Part shown: positions 50,616 through 63,617 of the stretch, piece after piece
Layout: each line of letters opens with the position of its first letter
How positions within the stretch are numbered: the first letter of the stretch is position 1
Source of the DNA: Antedon mediterranea
Taxonomy: Eukaryota > Animalia > Echinodermata
NCBI RefSeq assembly: GCF_964355755.1
Contig: NC_092676.1
Span: 20,850,871-20,914,870, forward strand
Length of the DNA stretch: 64,000 bases
Reading direction: 5' to 3'
Program-made: the position numbers and the translations under genes
Notes under the pieces: model-generated
What the model saw: only the letters and a program-made list of their open reading frames with translations
Databases searched by the model: none
What the model was told of the DNA's origin: nothing

Positions 50616-53600
50616 ATGCCAAGAGCTACAGCTGGAAGAAAGAAGCTACAGAAACAAGTTGTACCTGAAGACAACTTTGACTTTGATGATCAAGAACAAA
50701 ACAACCAACAAGGACATTCTGGTTATTATTTTTTTCTACTGTATTTATATCACTTTACTTTAAAATAATAATAATATATTTTGAATAATGTACATTTTTT
50801 AGAATAATAATGGTTTCCGAACCCTTAAATTGAAGATAAATAGCCTGATATTATACCTGATAGACCTCTGATAGTAATGGTAATCACTTCATATACTCAA
50901 ATGAATATGTTATTTTCATTTTCTGAATGATAAACCCAGTAACTAATAAGTTTCACCAACGCATTCACCGACAACGCATTTTACAACATACTATAATCTA
51001 ATAATCCTAAGTTAATGATTAAGTGTAATGTAATAAAAACGCTTTTTTCTGACTGAATTTAAGTTTTATGCAAATGTCTAAGGGCCCGTTTCTGCTGCCA
51101 ACCCAAAATATACCGTATAAATATACCGTATAAATATACCGTATATATACCGTATATGAAATTCGTGCACCGTTTCCGCTGCACATACTTCGTGGGTGGG
51201 TTGTAAAAAAGTTGGCTTTCATTACCCAAAATGCATTTCGTGAGACGGAAGTATGGATTGACCTCGTGTAGTGAGGTTTTTACCTACCGGTACATGCTGA
51301 CAAAAACAAAACAATGATGGTTTCTCAAAACGTCGTAGCATTGCTTTCTATTTTAAATCTAATGAGCAGAAGTGGCAACGAATTTACACCGCACATACAA
51401 GCACAATCTAGAAATGTTAACTCTGTTATTCAAATTGAGTTTATATTATGCTATATTATCCTATATTGCCGTTTTAATTTCCATTTTCTATTATACAGTA
51501 TTTTACCATGATTTTACATCACGTTGTTGTGTAAGAACATTCGATTTATTGTAATTAAAATCTCGGTATCTCTTCTGTTGCCATGCAGTCTCCCCCCAAC
51601 CTTCGCTTCCCCCCACAATTGAATTGCAAAAATAGTGATTTGTTCGGTCCACAGTGACATTTTGATCTGTTGCTTGCTTTTACACGTGTGTTTCAACTTT
51701 CAATGCAGCAGAAAAACCAAAACAAACGCGTCGCGCTCTGTTAGTTTTTGACCTCGTGTCACGAGTCGGGTCACATTTACGGTATATTTTTAGTGCAGCA
51801 GAAATGGGGAACGAAATATACGGTATATTTTGGAATATACCGTATAATATCCACAAACGATGGGGATATTTATGCGGTATATATACCGCAAATATTTACG
51901 GTATATTTTTTATGAGACCCATTTCTGCTGCCAAAAAATATACCGTATATAAAATATACCGTATATATACGGTATATTTTTGGCAGCAGAAACGGGGCCT
52001 AACTTAACTATTATGAATTGTTCAGAATCAGTTAGAAACCAATAATATTGAATTCTTATCCACTATACGACCCCCAGGAGAAGTGCACCATTTGTCCGAT
52101 GTGAGTCATAACTTTATGTATACCATGATGCACCTGTGTGTAAAAAAATGTGACTTACCTTTAGGTGACCATGACTCGCCCATTTCGACGCACTGTGACC
52201 ATGGTGTTTATGATATGGTGGGTGGTAAAGTGACAAACATAATTGACCCACCATTGTTCATTGATATGACGTACCATCTAAGTTTTTTGACGCACCCTGT
52301 GTCAGTAATTATTTATAAATGACGCACCCATGACTCTCCTGGGGGTCGTATAGTGGATCATACAATTGCATTAAGCTCTGTCTATACTATCGAACTAGTT
52401 TGACAAAAAAGTGTGATGTGCCCAAATATGTAGGGATATGATGCCATCGAGTCCTTTTTTTTTTGTCGCATAATATTTATTTAAGATGGTGTAGACAGAC
52501 CTTTAGAAACTCAATAGACAAACTAGAACAGTATACTATAATATATACACTATTTAATATCATTTTTACCATAAACATTTTTATTATTACAGAATTTGAA
52601 GACCCCATTGTCAGCAGAACAGGAATGAAAAGACAGTATGCTGATGATGCTGAGGAGGGTACAGCTGACCCCCCGTATGAGTAAGTATTATTACATTTTA
52701 AAAACAAGTTTTAGTTATCTACAAGTTTTAGTTATCTGCAAGTTTCAAATCAATAATTTTTATTTACATTTATGATTAATTATTGATTGAATTGTTTATG
52801 GGTGCATACATTTTTTATTCCAAACTTTGGGAAAGTTTCCGGGTAACTTGGTCATTAGTACCAGGGAAGAGTTAAATTATTATTGTAATTTAACTCTTCC
52901 CAGTTGTTACGCACCAGTTCTTTAACACTAGTAGATTTTATCAGAATGTTATGCAAATCATGTGTACAAAATTAAAACAGTACCTGGTGGTGTTCAGTTT
53001 TTGTGAATTCTTAACTGGATTCCAGGATTTTTAGATGTTCTTGTGCCTGCAGTATGTTCCAGGAGCTTCAAGCTTTTATCATAAATACACAGCCTATATT
53101 TTATTTCTGGACCCTAGAAACCTTAACTTTTTTTGAAAAACATCGGAATTGCCCATTTTGGTTATTGTGTTATAATCAAAGTTAATTTGACACTAACACA
53201 GATGAGTCGTCACACTAATGACATAATATATGTAAACTTTTCATGGGAAAATAAGTTTTAGTTAACGTTCAAATTTTGATTAATTTAATCTCCTTGTTTT
53301 TCGTTTGGTTTTATATTCACAGCTGTTATTCTATTGAGTTCAGACTAACTTTATTAACAGATTTTCAATGACGGCATTTTTATGTTATAATTAATTTTGG
53401 TAAGTTTCACCTTTTTAAGGAATATTCAAATATTTGTTAAACTAACATTATATCACTATCACACATACTGCTAATTGGATTTTTTTGCATCACAAAGTAG
53501 ATTTGTGGACATTTGCATAGCTTTCTGGTGGATCCATCTAAAATCGCACGACTATTTGCCGATATACCTACTTTTTTGTTGAAATTTTCTCACAAAAAAA

Positions 53601-56600
53601 ATTATTCCAATGTTTGTTTAAAAGCACTAATAATATGTTTACACATTTACCTTGATTTTAATTGTTTTAAGCTCTGTCTGCACTAACAAACTATATGTGA
53701 CAAAAAATGTGGTGTGCCTTTATATGGGCATAATGAAATAATATCACTACAATATTTGTGCATATCACTACCATATTTGGGCATATCACTACCATATTTG
53801 GGCATATCACTACCATATTTGGGCATATCACTACCATATTTGGGCATATCACTACCATATTTGGGCATATCACTACCATATTTGGGCATATCACTACCAT
53901 ATTTGGGCATATCACTACCATATTTGGGCATATCACTACCATATTTGGGCATATCACTACCATATTTGGGCATATCACTACCATATTTGGGCATATCACT
54001 ACCATGTTTGGGCATATCACTACCATATTTGGGCATATCACTACCATATTTGGGCATATCACTACCATATTTGGGCATATCACTACCATATTTGGGCATA
54101 TCACTACCATATTTGGGCATATCACTACCATATTTGGGCACTTCACACTTTGTCAAACAGTTTGATAGTGTAGACAGAGCTTTACATCTTGAAAACTAAG
54201 TTCATACTCATCTTATCAAATATTCATTTTTTTAATTTAAGTAATGAAGTTCAAAATATGATTCAGAATTTTGGAGGTGAGTTTTTAAGATTTAAGAATA
54301 TATTAACCTAAAAAGTTTTTTGTTGACATTTAATGCATAAATCAATAGAAAATTCAATAAAAGAATGGAACTAACAATCAATTTCAAATTGATTTGAATT
54401 TCTGTAAAGGTTGTATGTATGCACAACTTGCCAACAAGATACTATGTGTTGCAATTCATGATTCACAAGTGTATTACATTGTCCTGCTAGGAACAAATTA
54501 TTCTTTTTATCATATTGAAAATGATATATTTAGTAAAGCAGAGGCCCATTGCCACCTCTACACCAGGTTTTTTTCTTTCCTACACCCTTGGGAAAATTAA
54601 ATTGTACCGTAGCTGTTGCAAATTTACTGTGGTCATCCTCAAATTCAAGATGGTGTCCAAAGTGGCTGCCAACTCTGATCACAAGCCTATTAGGGTTCAT
54701 AACTCAATAAAAACTAGATATATTTATTAAATATTATATTGATGAATAGCCATTTAGCTTATCTTTCCTATCGAATACCATAAATCTTCTAATTGTAACC
54801 ATGGGTTATTATTCTTTGATTGTTTTTAGGGTATGTTACTATTAGAAGGGGGGTTACTATTAGAGTAGGGGGTTGCAATTACTAATCTGAAATTAGGCAC
54901 CTGAAAAACTTTTCCGGTCAGCAACTCATAGCAAAATAATAAAACAGTACGAATAAACAAATTTGGTTGAATTTTTTAAAACTCAAAAACACTCAATCCT
55001 CCCCCACTCCCGAGATCAACATGCTTTATCTCCTCTTTTTAAAAATTTGTGTGACTCTAATAGTAACCCCGATGGGTTGCTAGTGGGTTATTAATATAGA
55101 TTGACTTAAGGTAGGTTATTATTAGAAGGGGGGTTACTATTAGAAGATTTATGGTATGATTTTCTGAAATAATTTTCACTAAATAGCTTTTATAACAAAG
55201 GCTATTTTTGTCACTTGAACCTCTGCTTATATCTTCCACACTGCATCATTTGATCTTTATGTTTTTAGCTGATCTACGCAAGTCAATTTCTGGGAAGAGA
55301 AAACGATTGGAAACATTCACACAACAGTCAATGAAAGCGGCCAATAGCAAAGTAGAAAAAATGTGGAAAACCCAGCAGACACAAAGGTATACTGTTTACA
55401 TTTTTGGCTTGGTTTGTAGTTAAAATGTGTGTTAATTACATTTATAACAATTATGAAGTCTTGCTAAAACATTAACAAACTACTATGTAGACTAAAATTA
55501 AAGTAAAACAAGGAATAGAGGGCACTATAAAAATATTTGTCCATTTATTGATGTGCATTTGTTATTTAATATTAGGCAAAAACTGAACGATGAATATGGA
55601 AAACAAGTGAATACAGTCCTTGACCAATGGGAGGCAGATGTGACAAGAGTAAAGGAACAAGAGGAAAAACTCCAGGTATTGACAAGTAAATTCTTAAGCT
55701 CTGTCTACACTATCAAACTGTATGCGATGTGCCCATATATTTTGTCGTTTTATAATTTTATAATTAACTGATTAATTTTAATATCGCATAAGAGTTATTC
55801 ATTTTGACCAAAAGATTGGATTGAAAAAAAAAACATTATTTACCTGAAAAAATTGTATTTTAAAGCAAAAAAATAGTTTTTGGTTGAATTTAACCATTTT
55901 TAGAAAAAATTATAAATTTTTTTGTTTTCATTTTTTCTACGAAAGTGATTAACTTCATTAAAACTACAAAATAACCTATTCAAAGTCTTGATTTAATTAA
56001 TCTTCATTTTTCATGTTTTTGGGGGACAATACATCTTTAGATAGAATGTTTTACTGTGTGCAACAGAACTAATACTGAACTACTGAATACTGAATTTTAT
56101 CAAATGTATGGATGTAATTTAGATGTTGTTTTTTATAGTATTTAAATTTTCTGTCGAGGAAACTGTTTTATATACATTTTTATGTGAGACAACTAAAGAT
56201 CAAAATTACTTTTGTCCTTAATAACTAGGAAATTGGTATGCAATGCACAAGGTCTGTAAATAATAGTTGCAATTATCCTTATTACTTCCATAGACTCTAT
56301 TCAAACAACATCAGAAGTTGTTCCAACAGTCAAGAGTGGTCATGAGTCAACGGCTTAAAACTTTAAGGCAACTATTTGAACAGTACTCAAAGGTTTGTAT
56401 TAAAGCCCCCTTCCCTATGTCTTTTAGATATAATTTAAGATCACAAACTATATTTAATGTAAAATTAATACTATATGGTCCTATTGCGATAACTTTTTTC
56501 GTCTTTAAACGGTTAAAAATGTGAAAAATAAGTCGATTCTAATAATTATAGCGGCCCGCTATAAATCCCAAAATGCATTGCGCGCGGATTGATATTTTTG

Positions 56601-59600
56601 TTTTTCACCTGTAATTCGCCCACTTTTCGATCGATCGTGGGCCCAAAACAAATGGAAGACTCCTAACTTTTCAGAGAAAATACCGGGTTTTCCCCAATTT
56701 GTATCAACGGAGTCTGGCAAAAATAGAAAGACAATTAATGCAGCAACTATACAACGTCAGGCTAGGTATAGCTAGCGTACGATGTTCGTACGTTACCGAT
56801 GTTTACCAGCTCGGCCTACAAAACTAAGCCTAGCTAGGCTAGACCTAAGACCGTCCACGAGAGGTCGATCGGCGCGAGCTACTTAGGTAGTGCATTGTTT
56901 CTCACTTTTTATCATAATTTACCATAAAACGTACATTTAAGACAAGGGATGACATGGTTTAATGTTTTTAAAGTGATATATATGTATTATTTTCCAAAAA
57001 ACTTCCAAAATTGCAGGGAAGGGGTCTTTAAGCTCTGTCTACACTATAAACTTTATGTGATAACATAGAAATAAGGAACTTTTATTAAGCTCTTACACTA
57101 TCAAACTAGTTTGACAACAAAATGTGATGTGCCCATATATGGACATGATGACATCATATCACCACCATATTTGGGCACATCACATTTTTTTTCTTTAAAC
57201 TAGTTTGATAATGTAGATAGAGCTTCAAATTCAACATATTGTACTGTTGGAAACTCTAAGAAGCAGACATTGTATTTAGAAAATTTATGATCATGTCATC
57301 ACTACCATATTTGGGCACATCACACTTTTTTTGTCAAGTTCCTTATTTCTATTATTATTTATATATTATCAGATTATTGTTTCTCAGAAAATTAAATCTC
57401 TATGTAAGACCATATCATAAATAATAAATATATATTGTTTTTGTGTACTAAAAACAATATTGTTTTAAAATGTATCTAGAGAATTATTGATTTTAATAGA
57501 TTTAAACCATAATACTCAGGTTATCAGTTTTTCCAGGGAAGAGTAAAATTACTATAATTTTACTCTTCTCTGGTTTTTCAATATTTGCCAATTTATACAT
57601 TTGTACACTATGTGATTAAACAATAATTTATTTTATTTTAGAATAGCGCCCTCTGTCATTTTGCATTTGTGTAGATTGGTTAGGTAAATACTGTACGTCA
57701 TATACAGTATGTTAACTGATTACACTACCTTTTCAGGATAATTGGCGCCCTCTACCATTTTGCATTTGTGTAGATTGGTTAGGTAAATACTGTACGTCAT
57801 ATACAGTATGTTAACTGATTACACTACCTTTTCAGGATAATTGGCGCCCTCTACCATTTTGCATTTGTGTAGATTGGTTAGGTAAATACTGTACGGTCAT
57901 ATACAGTATGTTAACTGATTACACTACCTTTTCAGGATAATTGGCGCCCTCTACCATTTTGCATTTGTGTAGATTGGTTAGGTAAATACTGTACGTCATA
58001 TACAGTATGTTAAACACTGATTACACTACCTTTTCATGGATAATTGGCACCCTCTACCATTTTGCATGTGTCACAATTGTAGGCAAAATAAAATTTTCTG
58101 TATTATCAATTATACTGTAAATCCAATTCAACATTTATTTCACCTTTTTTTTCAATTTAACATTAACAAACATTTATTTCATAAAATAAATAATTAATAA
58201 ACAAATAATACAGAGCATAAAAATGAAAACCAAACTTTATAATTATAAAATATAAAACAAAATTTAATATAGACACTCATTTAATCATCATACTAGTAAA
58301 TGTGTATTCTTCAAAAATACACAATTAAAAAAAGTTCATGTAGATCATTGTGTGATTGTGGCTTAACATACCATCTGAGTTGATCATTTCTATTGATTTT
58401 CTCACATTTGTCATTGCTAACTCTTCCAATAAAGGACACCTTTGGGCTTGCCTAATTTGTTTTTAATGGTAAAAAGAATTTTGGACCTCAAGCAAAATCT
58501 GGTTTTGGGAGAGTTTCTGGTTTTCACAGAGTCCAATATTGGGAGAGTGACTTGATTTTTTATTTCTATATTGTTTTGAATATTTTCCATATTTGATCTA
58601 AAGAATGTAACTTCAACAGTATATTATGTTGTATTCTTCTATATTTATATAGTTTACAATACATTGATATACACTTGCCGGAGGTTGCAATACAATATTT
58701 TAATATCTTCCTGTGTCTGTGATGTCAGCACTACCTGTTAATTTCTTATACCATCTTTGGTATTTCATACACATCCTGTTTCCCTTCATACTACTATGAC
58801 TTCCACATGGATTATATCTTGCTTTTATCACATGGAATGGACTTGCAGCTTGCTAGTCATATGCCTAAATTAATCTCATGCTTATTATTCGTTCAAATAA
58901 ATTGTTACCATTTAAATTCTTAATTTTAGTAATACATTAGAATCCCTCCTTTGAGACACCCCTATAATTCACCCCCCCCCCCTACCCCACCCTGTTTAGA
59001 GGACATGTGAAATGAATGATTTAAAATATAAGTTTTAACACATTTATGACTATGCTAATATATAACTCCATACACATCCCGAACCGGTTCATTTTCATTC
59101 TTTCTTCTGTGGTTGGTATCTAGAAATCAATTGTTTTATTGTACTATAATGATAATATTTATTCCATAAAATAAAACATACATTTTTGTCTTGTTCCGGT
59201 GGGTAGTTGTAATATAATAGTAAAATCCTGTGTATTTCCACGTACTGTGAAAAACAAAAGTATGGTCTGTGTTCTGGTTATTGGTTAATTTGCAATACAA
59301 AAAGAATATTTTTAGATGCCTTAGGGATTATAATTGGAATATTTAGTATATTAAACTTTTAAGTATCGGTTAATATATTTATGTTTTATTTATTAGTATA
59401 AACAGTAAAGATCCTGATTGTTTTTTTGCATAATTGAGTTTCTTAAAGAGTTTCTCTTTATATTTAATTACTGTAGTCATATTTATTATCTATATTGCCG
59501 GATGGTTGAAATATGTACTGTTTACATTGCTTCATAAACTAAATCCTTAGTGTCATTTTCTGAAAGCAGTACTTTAAATCATACTTTAGTTAGCAATTAT

Positions 59601-62600
59601 TTTAATACTTTATGTAGTGTTTTCCCACTCCCCATCCTAACAGCAATTTTTTATTTTATTGTATTTTGCAATGTAACTTTCTAAAAGTCCTTTTTTGCTA
59701 TTTTTTCACTGCAATTGTTACCTTGTTGTATGATACTTTAATAGTTTGTTTTGTCAGTGTGTACTAAATTGTATGTATGTACTGTATGTATTTCCTGTAG
59801 GGTTTTGCTATTACAAAATATCACAATCAGCCAGGAAAACAGAATCTAAGATTAAAGTATAATATATAGCTTTTATTATCATGTTACTATGTTCAGATTT
59901 TTTCAATATTTTAAACAGAAAATATCCTCCTTAGGATAGAAATATTTTAGTTAGGTACCCTGGCTTCAAAATGCAACAAAGGGCTTACTGAAATTGCTTC
60001 CCTATCTGCTATTGATACATTAGAACCTTTTCCTGCTTGAAAAAATGTTGAAAGAATGTTTTTTTTAGAAACCAGTTTTAATAATCTGTTAAATAACAAA
60101 GATCACGTTGTTGAAATGGGGTTTCCCTTAATTTTCATTGACAAAAATGTGCCATGTCTTCCCAATTAACCTTGTGAATTTTCACTATTTTTTTTTTTAG
60201 TGATACTGATATATTACAACAAATCATCTTACATCTTCGTTCTTAAATTATATTATTTATCTATATATAAATTTACGTAAGGGCAAAATTCGGTAAATCG
60301 CGCCTTACTTTTAGAATTTTTACTCGATGGTATGTAAAGTTGGTTCGTACTTTCGGTACTGATTTTAACCACCTGATGTAACCCTGTTTACTAATTAAAT
60401 TAAGTTAGATAATTAGTTATTGACGATTAAAACGAATTTAGGTTCAAAGATTTGCCCCAAATAGGGGTGTTTTCCGATCGTGGTATACACTGTCTAATGG
60501 ATGTCCATCTTGAAAAATACCCGCCACAAAAATGCGAGGAGGCTTCGCATTTTTCTATCTCCTCCTACGATAATTGTTTTTAATAGCTGAAAACCGGTTG
60601 AACAGTTCGAGTACAGCATCATAATGTTGAAGACAGGCCGATTTTCTTTAAAAAATACTATTTTGATACATTTAATATACGTTTTTACAAATGTATTGAT
60701 TTGTGATGAATGGAACATTCCAAATTATTTGGTTTAACCATACAGGTATAGATTTAGATTTATGTGCCTCCTTGGAGAATAAACATAAATAGTATTGCAA
60801 TGCTGTACAATACTGTTAAGGTATTAACCACTTTTGATCGCAATTTGAATCGCAAATGTCTTACTGTGAGTGTTGGTACTGTTAGATGTAATATAAAAAT
60901 ATATACAAATAAACTTTATTACTGTGAGTGTGGGTAGGCCCTACTGTTAGATTATAAACATATAATATACAAATAAACATTCCAAATTATTTGGTTTAAC
61001 CATAGAGGTATAGATTTAGATTTATGGGCCCCCTTGGAGAATAAACATAAATAGTATTGCAATGCTGTACAATACTGTTAAGGTATTAACCACTTTTGAT
61101 CGCAATTTGAATCGCAAATTTCTTACTGTGAGTGTTGGTACTGTTAGATGTAATATAAAAATATATACAAATAAACTTTATTACTGTGAGTGTGGGTAGG
61201 CCCTACTGTTAGATTATAAACATATAATATACAAATAAATAAACGTTATTACTGACAGTTGCTTCTCAACGTTTGTATTAATTAATAATTTAAAAATATA
61301 TAACGTCGTAGTGGTGTATCGTTACATGTACTTTACTATTTCAATCGACTATGACAGTGAGAGTTTTAACAAAGTACCGTATTAAATCGTAAATGTTTTA
61401 CTGTATTTAGTGGTATATTATTTATAGGCCTATAAAACATTAAAAACAATATTTCGTTACTGAGTGGATAAGAATATATTTTAAAATGTTTCCTCTTTGT
61501 ACCTATCTTCTTTCCCCATCCCTCAACCCTTAATGTTACATAAAAAACACAAATTGGGTTTGTTTAAATGAGTCCAAATAAAAAAATTTGTTTCTCTCTC
61601 GGAAGTAATTCCCAGGGTGCTAATTTTGGTTGACTACATAAATCATTGTGTATATTTATTCGTTTCTGTAAACGACAATGTATTATAGTCCTGCGGTACG
61701 TACATTTGAAATCTCCATTTTTTTCTCGCTGGAAATACTGTGTATTCGAGAACCATCTGTGGGCACGACCTAGATGGTACGCGAGCGAAGCGAGCGTGCC
61801 ATCTAGTAGTAGTAATTTATCATTTAAAAAAAACAAAAACTTCTGCTTCTTGAATTATGTTATGAATAGCATTATTATATTTATTGTAGACTATGGGTGA
61901 TCTTGAAAACAATCACGAGGAACACCAGAGTATGGTTCAAGGAGAATTAAAGAAAGAGATGAGTCTACTTCAGAAGAAAATATTAATGGACACAGTAAGA
62001 AATTTAGATGTTATCTTTTTTGAGTTTGGGTAAAATGATACAGTATAAACGGAAATAGGATTACCCCCTCTACAACCCAGCAGCACACAAGATCTGAGAG
62101 ACGTTCTATTATTCTTATTGTGTTTTTTATCATGTAAATTTCACAGAACCAACAGCTTTACATCCTTTCAAAAGGCTGATGTAACAGAAATAAATCTTGC
62201 CAAATTGGCATTGATGCAGTTCTTTTTACATACCTTTTTACATACCATCTTGCACTTTATTTCCGTTGCTTTTATAATGACTTTACCATGCTAGTGATTT
62301 GATGGATATAACATTTTTAACCGAGTTAATACAATGCATAATTTGTTTTCTAAGGTCAATATAAACATTCTCATATTCAATCAAACAAATTATAGTTCTA
62401 GTTTTTTTGGTTACCCATACAATTTTTACAGTTGGACATTTAAAATTATATGAAAGCTAACTTACAGATTTTGGGAATAACAGGGATGGCATTTGATTGC
62501 AAATCTTTTTATTATCTTAATGTACAATCATATTTTCAAATTTAAAAAAACTAATTTATATATTTGTTTATTTTTAGCAACACCAAGAAATGGCCAACAT

Positions 62601-62631
62601 GAGAAAATCCTTACAAACAATGCTTTTCTGA
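50616..62631 (+). CDS. SYCP3: Synaptonemal complex protein 3; 8 coding exons, 234 aa
   Basis: Exons 50616-50721, 52593-52680, 54242-54276, 55269-55386, 55576-55675, 56294-56392, 61890-61994 and 62578-62631 (705 nt, phases consistent). Motifs EVQNM, KRKRLETFT, WKTQQ..RQKLN.EY, QW, EEKL, QQSRVV.SQRLKT, KKEM..LQKKILM and MRKSLQTMLF match SYCP3/Cor1. Confidence 0.96.
51082..51999. mobile_element. PIF/Harbinger-type MITE
   Basis: GGGCCCGTTTCTGCTGCCAA ... TTGGCAGCAGAAACGGGGCC, TAA TSD, ATATACCGT subrepeats. Confidence 0.88.
52058..52358. mobile_element. MITE
   Basis: ATCCACTATACGACCCCCAGGAGA ... TCTCCTGGGGGTCGTATAGTGGAT. Confidence 0.85.
53669..54182. repeat. 21-bp minisatellite (CATATCACTACCATATTTGGG, ~18 near-perfect units) expanded inside a MITE
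   Basis: Array at 53761-54138 bounded by the TIRs AAGCTCTGTCT.CACT / AGTGTAGACAGAGCTT. Confidence 0.95.
54776..55156. mobile_element. TA-flanked MITE (Tc1/mariner-like)
   Basis: TACCATAAATCTTCTAAT ... ATTAGAAGATTTATGGTA with GGGGTTACTATTAGA subrepeats. Confidence 0.75.
56400..57031. mobile_element. Kolobok-like non-autonomous element
   Basis: TTAAAGCCCCCTTCCCT ... AGGGAAGGGGTCTTTAA; 5' part homologous to 21648-21890. Confidence 0.75.
57645..58070. repeat. Tandem repeat, ~99-101 bp x ~4.3
   Basis: GGCGCCCTCTACCATTTTGCATTTGTGTAGATTGG... recurs at ~57645, 57744, 57843, 57943 and 58046. Confidence 0.92.
60260..61806 (+). mobile_element. Non-autonomous Helitron with an internal 262-bp tandem duplication
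   Basis: A|TCTATATATAAA 5' end; 3' hairpin CTAGATGGTACGC-GAGCGAAGCGA-GCGTGCCATCTAG|T; duplication 60714-60975 / 60976-61237. Confidence 0.85.
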
Positions 62632-62671
62632 GAGGATTGCTCCAAAGAAAGAAAGGAAAGATTGTAAGTAG

Positions 62672-63617
62672 ACCAGTCATCCTCGTTCATTCATCTGGTC
62701 ATCAACCATCTTTCGTTCATCTGGTCATCAACCATCGTCTTTTATTCATCTGGTCATCAGCCATCTTCTTTCATTAATCTGGTCATCAGCCATCTTTTAT
62801 TCATCTGGTCATCACCCATCCTCTTTCATCTGGTCATCAGTCATCCTCTTTCATTCATCTGGTCATCAGTTATCCTTTTTCATTCATCTGGTCATCAGCC
62901 ATCTTTGATTCATCTGGTCATCAGCCATCTTTCATTCATCTGGTCATCAGCCATCCTCTTTCATTCAACTGGTCATCAGCCATCTTTCATTCATCTGGTC
63001 ATCAGTCATCCTCTTTCATTCAGCTGGTCATCAGTCATCCTCTTTCATTCAGCTGGTCATCAGTCATCTTTCATTCATCTGGTCATCAGTCATCCTTGTT
63101 CATTCATCTGGTCATCAACCATCTTTCGTTCATCTGGTCATCAACTATCGTCTTTTATTCATTTGGTCATCAGCCATCCTCTTTCATTAATCTGGTCATC
63201 AGCCATCTGTTATTCATCTGGTCATCACCCATCCTCTTTCATCTGGTCATCAGTCATCCTCTTTCATTCATCTGGTCATCAGTTATCCTTTTTCATTCAT
63301 CTGGTCATCAGCCATCTTTCATTCATCTGGTCATCAGCCATCTTTCATTCATCTGGTCATCAGCCATCTTTCATTCATCTGGTCATCAGCCATCTTTCAT
63401 TCATCTGGTCATCAGCCATCCTCTTTCATTCAACTGGTCATCAGCCATCCTCTTTCATTCAGCTGGTCATCAGTCATCCTCTTTCATTCATATGGTCATC
63501 AATCATCCTCTTTCATTCATCTGGTCATCGGCCATCAACTTTCATTCATCTGGTTATCAGCCATCTTTCTTTCAGCTTGTCATCAGCCATCATCTTTTCA
63601 TCTGGTCATCAGTCATT
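62672..63617. repeat. 23-27 bp minisatellite (TTCATTCATCTGGTCATCAGCCATC[CTC]T) downstream of the SYCP3 stop
   Basis: ~950 bp of variant units, with a higher-order duplicated block (about 62700-62980 vs 63110-63450). Confidence 0.95.

Noticed and set aside
53683-54199. Repetitive ORFs on both strands ([28 protein letters not shown]); CRISPR-like appearance
   Set aside because: Translations of a stop-poor 21-bp minisatellite in a MITE within a SYCP3 intron. There are no unique spacers and no cas genes.
58360-58860. Possible nested gene or exons in the long SYCP3 intron
   Set aside because: Only short frames with weak acceptors and no recognisable motif.
62672-63617. Minus-strand unit contains CUGAUGA and GAAA like a hammerhead core
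   Set aside because: The intervening CCAGAUGAAU cannot form stem II, and no stem I/III pairing is evident.
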